This document shows, one piece after another, positions 48,271-59,800 of a DNA stretch of 64,000 nt. Source of the stretch: Iphione sp. A-MEVVRFRX5 (lineage: Eukaryota); the NCBI GenBank assembly GCA_976226885.1, contig OZ320313.1, positions 30,690,001 to 30,754,000 of the forward strand. The letters run 5' to 3'. Below the pieces are notes generated by a model that worked only from the letters and a program-made list of their open reading frames with translations, was not told where the DNA came from and made no database searches. How positions within the stretch are numbered: the first letter of the stretch is position 1; each line of letters begins with the position of its first letter. A program made the translations under genes and the position numbers.

Positions 48271-50633
48271 CCAACCTTATAAATGGACACAGCCAAAACC
48301 CTTCCAGCCTGGGAAACACAGATCCAAAAATCAATTATCCTTGCTGTACCCCATACATAAAGAAAGGTTCAGCAGCCTAATCAGGAACCTATCTCAACAG
48401 GTCGAAACACATCCAATTCCTGCCTCACACTGCAAATAATATCTGGCGTACTAAAAAAAATCAAACTAGACCATAGAGGAATCCCTAAAAATTGAAACCA
48501 CACTTTAAAAGCACTACAGCACATCCCATGCAAAGACATATAGGCCATTGATATGGCTGGCACGTGTCACTCCACTGATCCATAACATCTAAATGGACAT
48601 TATGGCACCACATATTGAGATTTACATGCACAACAGCTACGATGTGCAGTAGTATGAATATATGTTCTGTTACTCGGCAACCAAGGTAGTGAAACTATGA
48701 GTATGACATCATAGCGAGTGAACACACATCCTCTCCGTTGTCAGAAACTTCATTAAGAGAGGCATGATCTTTCACCACTGATAATTATCACATGATGGCT
48801 GAAAGTATACAGTTTGTATTGTGAATATTAAGAGGCTTCACTATTAAGAGGATATGCCTGTATATGGCAAGATTATATAGAGAAAAGCCCCGTTCTGGAC
48901 AACCAACCACATTCCTGAAATAATCCGAATACACCGTATAAAGGTGACAAGAGTTAGAACTTTCCTGTTATGTTATAACATGGCTAAAATTAACATGAAC
49001 AAAGCAAAAGAGCAAAATATAGCTGTGAAGTTAGAGCTATCTTGGATAACCAAAAAAAAAACGGGTTTGCCCGGTATCAAAGACACTGAGGAGTGCGGCA
49101 ATAGCAAATATTTGTTTCAGTGCCATGTCTGCTAACACAATTCTGGCAGTCTGGGCCTGTAGACGTCTTTTTGCTACCCAGAAATGCATCAATAGCACAT
49201 CACTTGTCTTTGTCTTGGCAGTGTTCCTATGCGTTCTGAAATTTTTCACAAACTGTTTTGTTTCACGTCTTAATAAACGAATTTATTACCAGGTATCAAT
49301 GTATTTCTAAGATATTAAGCTTTTTGGCTAACGTATTAAACATAATGCAAGTGGAATACCAGTAACTATTCAGGGAAGTGTTCATGTATACCACGTTTAT
49401 TACGACAAAATCGAAAACTAGTAATTATAGATAACATATGCAAGATGGTGGAGTTACGTCTGATAGTGGATCCCTTTTGGTTTTACAGAAGACGTATATT
49501 TTGCAGCCTGAATATTCTTTATCTCATCTTAACCACAGAATCCACATAACTGCAGAAGACAGGGAACGCCCCTCGCTCCAGTCCTAAAAACAATGTCAAT
49601 GTCAGCTCATATTAAACCGAACTTGCTCTCAAATATTATACCGCAATATCAATCCACTGCTCTCTATCCATTCAACTGTCCAGTTACAATTTTTCTCAAT
49701 TTACAAAAAAAGAAGGGTATACGGGCCTAACAGAATCTGGAAGTTGACACTGCTAGTAGTAGCACTTCCATTAGATTATGACAGCATTTCCTACGAAGAT
49801 CTGACACCAAGGGTCACCCGTGCAATCGAAAACCTCATTTTCTTTCAAACGGAAAATTACCCTTGCCTTTGAGATAAGAACAGTATTGTTATTATTGATA
49901 CCGTTCATTATTAAGCAATGTGTAATTTATACTTACATGTAATGCCTGAATCCAAAATTCAGTCCACCGGCCCTCTCTCTGCGTTTTATTTAGATGAGGT
50001 CGCCATCACCAACTTGCTGGTTTCAACACATTGATACCGCTATGATTGTAATTCCAACCCTAATTATGAATAGTGAAACTCAAAGCACTTTCACCTGTCT
50101 GTTATCATGCTTACAAAATATAATGCACTGTCGAAACATCGGTAATGACTTAAATCCTCCTAATTATACTCGTAACTTCGCCTAGAGAGACTCATGGCAT
50201 TCTGGGTAAGGTAATGCATGCAGAGTCAGACGTGTAATAAATTTTCGTAATTGGCGTAAATGTTAAATCTGCGCAAGAGAAGTAAAGGTTAAATTTGCAT
50301 GCAAAGTAATTTGTTACTTTTATTAATAAATTCATCTTTTTTTGAAATCCTACACAGGGCTGACTTTGATATTTAGAGGGTTTTTTTGTGTATGTATTGT
50401 GACGTGTTTCATGTGAGTCCCAGCAGATGGCCTTAGTAGTTTATTCACGTCAGTCGGCAGGTCGAGATACATTAGGCGTACAGTGTAACCAGATTTTCAG
50501 TATCGTTTGATTTTGGTACAGAAATTTTGACTTTTGTGCCATACAAAGGAGTATTTCAGTAAATAGACACATAGCGCTTGAAGTAAGATTGACTTTGCAG
50601 GCAAAATGGCAGCAGCACGTAGTGATTGCTTAC

Positions 50634-50700
50634 CCACAGTGAACCAGCTGGCACGGTTCGATTGATGCCATCAGCAATTTTGACAACCACAAACAAGCCC
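50634..50700 (-). other. ITSN1: Putative non-coding first exon of intersectin
   Basis: Donor TGG|gtaagc at 50633, immediately upstream of and divergent from the ARFGEF3 start; the 5' boundary is a guess. Confidence 0.4.
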
Positions 50701-50765
50701 AAAACGCTATTGAAATTTTTTAGTGACGTTGCAGTCCAACAAAGACGGCCAACATGGTGATGAAC

Positions 50766-50850
50766 ATGGTAGAGCTGTTGACAATGATGATGAGAGAGGC
50801 AGGAGGGCCAAGGAATACGCAGATCAGGAAAACCTGCAAGGAAGCGCTAG
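50766..50850 (+). CDS. ARFGEF3: ARFGEF3 exon 1 (MVELLTMMMREAGGPRNTQIRKTCKEAL); in-frame upstream ATG at 50754
   Basis: CTAG|gtatga, phase 1; resembles MEEILRKLQKEASGSKYKAIKESC. Confidence 0.8.
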
Positions 50851-53800
50851 GTATGACACCATCACAATATTGTCCAATGTACCAAAATATATCTTCTAAC
50901 GGGTAATCTTATCCTGGTAATACATGTAATAGATATTATATATCCGACCCGGCAAAGCAGGTGTCGACTCTTGGCCAATCGTGCGCTGTATTTCTTCTCA
51001 AGTCCACGTCAATATAGATATTGATGTCTTTGTATACAGACAAGCATATACATGTATTGTAGGCGTTGCAGTCACTAGTAGTAATACGTGTACTCTGTAC
51101 TTTTGACCACATATCCCCAGTCTCCCAGGTGGTTACCTGGGTAATGGATGGCAGTTTTCTGTACAGGATGTATTGGCGCAAGTGTGAGTGTAACTCTACT
51201 GTCGGAGTCTGGGGAGCTGATCCCCATCGTGGCTTACAGTCAGTGTAATGTTAGCCAAGGATGTACAGTGTGGAAAGCCCTTAAAGCAGCTAGCAGCCTT
51301 GTCCACAAAGATCACAGGAATCACGGAACTCCCAACAGGGATAGAGGACAGTGGTGGGTAGATGAACAAGTAGATATCCCTGAATGTGGTTAGGACTAAC
51401 ACGCGTCTTGTGCTGTGCATGGTCTGATATGTCTTAGCTTGCATTTAAGTTAGATCACATCTAGTGTGACACATACGTCCCACCAGAGCAAGATGCCTAA
51501 CGGAGCCCCCAAAGAACACATGTGATGTGTGACTGATAGGTCAGTGTGACTAACATGACCTCATAGGAGATCAGTACAGGTATGGAAAAGTCGCCAGGCA
51601 GCACACAGTGTTTCTTCAAGAAGCATGTTAGTACCAGCAGGGTTGACAGAGTAAGATGACAATGGGTCGACCTTCAGATATGCTATGAGCATGGTACACG
51701 TTGGATGTTCCATCTCGCCTACGACTGACTTATGTGATGTTAGGCAGTGACTGGAGTCGACTATACATGTAGCAGTAGTTGGTACTGGCAAAGTGTGTGC
51801 TATAAAGAGATGGGCTGGTCATGTTACCATGGTTGGGTGGTAAATATGACCTATCGTACCTGTATACTATTTCAGTAGGTTAGTTTCATTCAATGCTAGC
51901 TTTGTGAAGACTCTGACATGTACAGGAGAATCTTACTTTGCGACCTCATCACTTTGCGACCAAGATGACTATTGCGACCATTTTGGGTTGGAACGGAAAT
52001 ATTCTCAATACATATCCTATATGCCACTCTCTTACTTTGCGACCATATTGCTTTCTGACCATATTCAGTGTACGACCACACCTTCTAGGGTTGTTTTCGG
52101 TTTATTTTACTTGCTTTACGACCATCTCTGACGTTCTCTCACCTTGGAGAGGGTCGGTCGGGACTGTTGAGGGCGTCAACCGTGACTTGTCTGATGGTCT
52201 CTCACCTTGAAGAGGGTCAGTCGGGATGGTAGCGGGCGTCAACTGTGACTTCTCTGATGTTCTCTCACCTTGAAGAGGGTCGGTCGGGATGGTCGGGGGT
52301 GTCGACAGCAACGCCCCTGATGGTCTCTCACCTTGGAGAGGATCTGCCAGGGTGGTCAGGGGTGTTGGGGATGACTTCTCTGATGTTCTCTCACCTCTTT
52401 GAGTCACTTTTAGTCATCAAATTCAGCACTTTTTGGACCTAAAGTCATCAAATTCAGCATTTTTTTTACTTTTAGTCATCAAAATCCGCACTTTTTGGAC
52501 TTAAAGTCATCAAATTCGGCACTTTTTGGACATTTCAGAGAGAATCCACATGTAAGTAGAGAGAGAGGGAAGGGGGGGGATCAAATTATTGCTTTGCGAC
52601 CATATTTGCTATTACGACCATTTTGGGCCGACCCAACTGGTGGTCACAAAGTGAGATTCTCCTGTACATCTTGATCTTTTGGACACAGGAACCAGTCATA
52701 CCTAAAGACTTCTGCACACCGTGCATGCCTCATAGCGATACAGACCACATCATGCTAGTTCTCTAATGTTGTCCATTTCATTGAATGCTCTAGCTTTGGT
52801 CAGCAAGTACGTCGAACAGATGAAAAGATAACGTGAAGAAAAGCGTCCTGGTCCATTTATAAAACTGTGTCACTGATGCAAAGAGAAACGGGATCAAGAG
52901 CATGGCAAAATGCCCAGCGTACTTGTGAGATCCAAAGAGGCAGCGCTGTGCCATCCGTTTCTAACTGATTCCCTTCAATTTATACAGTATCCATTGAACA
53001 TGGCTAGGCTGACTTTTACTCTAGGCAACCGTGTGGAGATGGGGCTAAGGGAATCCTTTGTCGGCAGATATCTGATACACCCAAACCTAGCAAGACATTT
53101 TGTACTTTATGGATTGGAGTAGAAATATTTCTAAAAGAGGAAACTCACTTTTCAGGGCCCGACTTACTAGATTCATAGGAGGCAGTAACAACTGTGACCA
53201 AGTATAAGAGGGGTGTAGGCATGTCTTTGACACATACTTTTTTTTAGGTACCTTGTTCAATTATATTGCAACATTTAAGGATGGTAGGGGTGAAAAACAG
53301 ATTATGGAAGGTATTTTTATTAGATAAAGGACATACGGAAGATGTGTAACGTGATATATTCATCATAGAACTCGTGGTGGACCTTAAACGAATACTATGT
53401 ACATAGGACTGTATTTTTTGTGGGGAAAAAATGTTAAAATGTTTAAAAGATTAAATTCATAACCACAAAGACAGTCTACTTTGGTATCTTAGCAAGAACG
53501 GTTGCAGCGCACACTGCATGTGGAGGTCACAAAAGATGGCCACCCTCTCCGGACCGGCTGAGCTTGGATCAGAGCCCCATCCCAACCTGCTGGCCACCCA
53601 TCAGCTGGTGAATCACTGTCATGGCAGTAGCCACTGGACCTGCTGAGCTTGGGTCATTAGCACCCTCCCATCCTGCTCTCAGCTAGCCCTGCAGCTGGTG
53701 GATAACTTGCCAGACCGGCTGAGCTCAATTGAGTCACTAAAAAGTGATTGTGAAGGTTCTTGCTTCCTCGGCTAACTGGAGGGGGATGGGGTGGTAATGG

Positions 53801-56800
53801 TAGGGGGAGGAGGACAGCCCTGTCTTTGCCAACTGACTGAAGGGGGGATGGTAGTGCTTTGGGTAGGATAAGGATGACCCTGGCTCTGCCTAGTGACTGA
53901 AAGGAGGGTCGTAGTGGTTGGGGAAGAGGAGAACGGCCCTGTCTTCACCAGCTGACTGAAAGGGGGTGGTGGTGGTGGGTGGGGGAGGACTGGCGGAGCT
54001 CCGTTCATCAGCACCATGCCCCCCCCCCCCCGTGAATCCTACCATGCAGCCCACAGATGGCCGCTGGACTGGCTGACCCAGCTCAATCCCTCCTGCTCTT
54101 CCCACCCAGTAGCCTAAAACTCTTCCAAATTCTTCGTCAGAAACTGATATAGCAGGTTTCATGCCAGCTCAGACTTCAAAGAGAAAGGCCACATTCTCAC
54201 TATTGCTTGCATCAATGGAAGTCATGTCATCTGCAACTTGAACAACCCTATAAGTAGATATGACCTCCACAGATAACAGCAGGCATTCAATGTACAGCGT
54301 TTTTTAATGTATGGCATCAAAAAACCTTTTTTTTTCAGATTTGTACATTCATTGTATTCTGTAGGAATTGTGTAATGCCCTTCTAGAATACAGTCAGTTT
54401 ATAAACTATATTTTTTTTTCCAGAAATGCTTCGTTTTGAAGAGGTTTCTGGCGCAACCGAGCCGTATCAAATAAGGTAGAGTTTCTTTTCATTCTGCTTG
54501 TATATAGTTTCGTTTTTCTATATTTTTTCACATAAAGGGATACCGGTTGCTTTGAGGGAAAACAAACTTTCCGAACAAACCTTAATACTAAAATAAATTC
54601 AAGTGCATCAATGCACATGAATTTGTATACTTACCATTACTCATGGGAAACAAATGTTTCGTGGCCAGGTTGTATGCAAGTTGACATCTTACCTTTATGC
54701 ATACATGCACAGCAATGTGACACTTACACCCTGCGGTTCCTGTTATTGTATTCTTAACACAGAGAATGCTGTTTGGTTCCACTGCAACTTGCCATCGAAT
54801 CAAGGAGTGTTCGTCTTGCTCAACATGCGCTGGTTGGCCTTCAGGTTTGTGTCACGGACGGTACCTCAATTGAGGTTGCATATTCTTGAAATACGTGAAT
54901 ACTTATCATTATTGATGACAGTCGTCGCAAGTCGTGACGTATCCCTTTTACCTCATTCAAAGATTTATCAAGCTGTAACCCATCGAGTATACTTCTAGAG
55001 CAGTGTTTTGGTATGTGCCATTCTGTCTCACCAAGAAGTCAAAATTTTCAATGGAACGTTATCTTCAAATGTTTCTCCAGTGGTCACGAGCATTATTATT
55101 CCTAGAAGTAAGAATGACCGCACAGACCTTCACTTGAACGTGGTCTCTGTGTGCCTTTTTTTTCAAATCTAGATATGTGCACTACACGTATGAATCGCGT
55201 ACACATTTCCTACATGACGTCTAGGCATCATTCTACAGATGCGGTAACTCTTAATTGTACATGTACTTAAATTACGTTGTTTACGGTTGTCCAACTAAGA
55301 GGTCTTGATATTGTAAATGAATGTAAATGTATTGTCAGTATCATACATCTTATCTACTTGAATGATCAAATTCTGCTGTTGTTCCATGGTTCTAGCGCAT
55401 TTTGGCAGAGGATCGCTTTCAGACTGTCATAGAAAGCGAAGACGAGACAAAATGGCTACCAATGCAGATTCTGAACGCCCTCTGGTGGACGCCTAACCTA
55501 CCAGACGAGCTTCAAGTAGAGGTTATGAAGGTCAGTGCAAGTACCAAACACATACAAGGACGTATGTGTTCTACACGAATGTGAGTTCAGTCTGCCACAC
55601 ACCGAGCCTTACCCTAAGAGACGGCATACAGGACTGTGCACAGCCTAGTTGGTGTGTGGCAAGAGTCAGCCTGATGCTGTCCTACACATATGGATCGGAC
55701 ATTTAAGTAATATTTCCACAGATGCAACAAATTCCCATTATAACACTTGCACAGAAGCACATGAAGCTTGTTGTAGACGTCCTATCGCTTCTATATGGCA
55801 CAGAGACAAAATGTTACAAGTATTTGATTTTCTTTGATACTAGCAGGTATAAAAATGTGTAAACACTAAGCCAGTTGTTATCGCCTAGATGTACATGCAT
55901 CGAAAATAGCGAGCATATTATTGAACCATGACAATATGGTCTTTCGAGAGACCATGTGTGTTCAGACAGTTTATCTATACATGTATATGTTATGCATTCT
56001 AAATTCCCTTTTTCAGTGAGATTTCTATCCGTATTGTTTTTAGTCGGCCAACAAAATCATGCCTGTTACTATTGGCATTGTTCTGGAGCTTTACATGCGT
56101 GAAGCTATTAGTTTGAATGGCGTGACGTGTTTTTGTTCCGTTCAGGAATCAGTAACAGCTGTCGCCACTGCCATATTTCATGGCAGTCATGCCAAGGTAG
56201 TCATGGGAACTCACACGATATCCATCGTTTGTTAGCAAGCATAATTGATTTCCTATATTAGAAAGAATCACTTAAATGATTTCATTGTCCTCAAAGTACA
56301 AGCATCTATTATATGTTACAATTCATCCCTAGTCACATGAAATTATTAATGATACAATGTATACAATTTCATTATCTCATCTTTCTCTTATAGATTATAC
56401 TAAACATGACGTTCTCATCAAACTGGTGTATGAATGTAAAGGTCATAACGAAAATTACCGAAGTAAGTACGGTTGTACGTTTTCGTTCACCACAAGAAGC
56501 TGATTGCATATTAACTGCATGTACAGGTGTATGCTTATTTTTGCTTAAGTTTTATCAATTTATTTATTTGAAAATGTTGTTTGCCATCTTTTTTCGTAAC
56601 ATCATTATCGTTCGCTACAGCATAAAATAATGACCATGGCCATGGAAAATTAAGATTGGTTTGAACATGGCGATGTTCTCATCAGCAAAGGAAGAAAAGG
56701 CACATGTTTAAGCAAATGTTACATAATGTCAGCACCTCATTGTTGTATGTGTCGTACCGTGTAAATGTGTGTTCGACATTGTTCTCCCATTTCAGTTGTC

Positions 56801-59800
56801 GTTTAGTATATTTTTGGCCAATGACAAGCCGGGTTTACGCAGATTCATTGCCAGGGCCTTGACCCAGATTCTTAGTGTGTTTCATCACCGCAAGGGCCCT
56901 CTCTCCTCTTTGAAAGAGTCTTCATCTCAGGTACGAAGCACGACCTCATAAACTTATTGCTCAGAAATTCCTCATTTTGGTCTTTAAGGAAGAATTACTC
57001 TCCAACACTTCCAGAAAAACAATATCTGAGCAGTTCTAAGATTTTAGAATTCCGGGACGTTTCGCTACTGATTGAAATGGTGATAGACTCTGTGCATGTA
57101 CTTTCTGTGTTTAAAGGTATACATGTATTTTGTTATCATAGATTTTTTTTCTTTTTTGTTCTGTCACCGTTCACGTATGTGGTCGCGCATGATTAACCCA
57201 TAGAGTAAATACCGGCACAGTTTATATATAATGAATTAATGGCATCTCCAAAACATCCCAGAAAGGCGGGGATTTACTATACTTACTCACTAAACAGGAA
57301 CCTTTTCAATTAAACAGCTGAAACGGAGTTCTGATAACTCAGAATATGGGGAAATTGCACATCAGGTATAAGTTTGCTGAATTCCATTTTTTAAACACTG
57401 GTCGCTGTGAATGGATTTGGTTATAGACCTCTAGAGTTAAGACTTATTTTCTACATATTTCGGAAACCTGCTCCGTTATTCCATTCCTCCCTCATATCAA
57501 GAATTGACTTGGCTGGTTTGCATTAAGGCAATCATTTGTTCTCCACCTGTATTATGTTAAATGCAGTCATACTACTGTGTTGTTTTCTTCTTTGAGACCA
57601 CGACACTAAAGTTAAATCAAAGGTGACAGAAAAGTTCTGGTCTCCTGGATACTTATTCGGAGGTGGCCCATTGGTTATTTTAGAATATATCATGCCAGAA
57701 CAAGCTTTTTCTGAATAACAGATATCACACTCTCACCAGTGTAGATCAGAGTTGTAGATCGATGCGTTAGCCTTTGATTTTTTTTTTGTCCCCCGCCTCA
57801 TAGAGGGGGGGACATTAGGAATGCTGCCAGCTGGTGTCCCGACCATCCGTCACACTCTTGTGGGTCTTATAAGTCTTAAACCCTTTACTCCAAAAAACTG
57901 ATTTTAATATATGATATTGGTATATATGGCCCCATGGCACTGGGTAATTTTGGTAGTAATTCAAATATTTTAAAGGTGAAATTATGCCAATTTTACTATT
58001 TTCCTAACACACCTACAAACATACCTGGTTCAGGGGTTGCTAGGTCTGACAATGCCCATACATACACACTCAGTGCTCAGTCATGCAGAACCGAGGGTTT
58101 GTAGCAGTCTGGTGCTCAGTGAGGCAGAACCGAGGGGGCTGTGCCTGGTCAGGCAGAACCTGAAGGACTTAAACAAGTCTAGCCAACTACCCCCAAAATA
58201 AGCTGCCAATCAAGGTGGTTATAAGGAGAGAGAGACACTACACACACACACACACATACACACATTTTCTCTCTCTTTCTCTCCCCTTCCCCCCCCCCCC
58301 CCCCCATCTTTATGGGCAGTTGATGGTGGGGGACAATAGACCTCACAGGTCCACACTCTTGTCGTATTTGATGGTAGCTGTGCTCTTGGTAAGGGTACAA
58401 AAAGTCTTGACCAAGTATCAGGTTTCCAACAAATCGAAATAGAGCCATGGGCATTTTATTCTTAGCAGCAGACGTGAAAATCCATCTGGCCGTAAGATTA
58501 TTAGCATTTCTTTCTTCATGGTCAGTGGCACATTACCTTAATGGCTTAGTTGAAATAGCCAGCATAATTTAGTTCTGTTCTCTAAGCGATATTTTCCTAA
58601 AAATTCTTGAAGTAGCTGAGTGCTGGTACGTCCAATTTATTTTATCGGAGTATAGTTAATTGTGGGCAGGAATAAGTATACGAACTAATATTTACAAGTG
58701 CTATTTATCACTAACTGCTTCATTTATCCGGGAAGTTCTGAGGATAACACATGGAATCGGCTAGAATTATTATTGACAATAATAAGTTTAACATATTGAA
58801 CGTTATTTTACTGACACATGATAATGGTGTGCTTATAATCAAATTGTGGGCTAGGTGATTGATGAGAAACTAATGCTTAGTCTAGGATCTTAACTTTAGT
58901 GTAGATAATACAGATTAAAGATTGATACCGATTTTAAAAAGTTAAATTATTCCATTCTGATACTGGCGAGGCGCTGAAGTTATGGCCAGAAGTAGAGAAA
59001 TTATTTGATTAGAATGGTTGCTGTGTACTTGGTTAGTCCAGTGACATAACCTAGTTTGACCGTGCCAACTAGGACAAGCAGTGTTCCTAAAAAGGTGGTT
59101 TCCATATCTAGAAGAAGCCGCTCTTTAGTAAGTAAATGCTATGCATAAAGGTGATCTCATACATCAAGTCTAAAGTAGTATTTACGGAGAAAGAGCACAA
59201 AATCAAAGTCCAAGCACAGACAAATTTTCAGCTCGTTAATGTCAAATCCACTGTGCCTCCGTGACTTCTGTCTTTCCATTTTATCCGCACGACATTGCCG
59301 CGTTTTGCCGGGCATCGACCATTCCTGGATTCCCTCCTGGGCTGGGCTGTATCATTTGCGCTTATCAATTTATGTATCGCTGAGGTGGAAATGCACACTA
59401 ATTATGAGTTTGTCTACAGAATTGAAATGTACATGTCGGAAGGTAGCCTATCTCTCTAGATCTTTCTCCCCCGCCCCCTCCACACTTCAACAGTGTGATT
59501 TACGTCACCTGAACCATTGTTTTAAATGTATATTATTACAATTCATCACGAAACTATATCTAATTAATGCAGACATTTAGTTATCTGAAAATTGTCAAAG
59601 GCCAGATTTCATAAATATTCTCCCTTATCTGCCACGTAATTGTGCCAGAATGTTAAGAATTGATCACCGCTGATCATGCACATAGACCTCGCATGTGTAG
59701 ACTTTCTAAGTGCATATCACAGCCAGACCTATCCATTGCCTCCATTTGAAAAAGCATGTAGGTTAATGATCAGCAAGATCTTTAACAGACCCCACTGCTT

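Noticed and set aside
48381-48563. ORF vaguely resembling an RT fragment
   Set aside because: No recognisable motif
49931-49990. Strong minus-strand donor gtaagt at 49936 as another 5'UTR exon
   Set aside because: No clear acceptor or promoter evidence; it overlaps a TACATGTA motif
52102-52407. 101-aa ORF with 21-aa repeats
   Set aside because: Translation of the 63-bp minisatellite inside a MITE
57040-59400. Further weak exon-like segments in ARFGEF3 intron 5 (near 57050, 58590, 59235)
   Set aside because: Similarity to exons 8-9 is too slight and the splice signals are inconsistent
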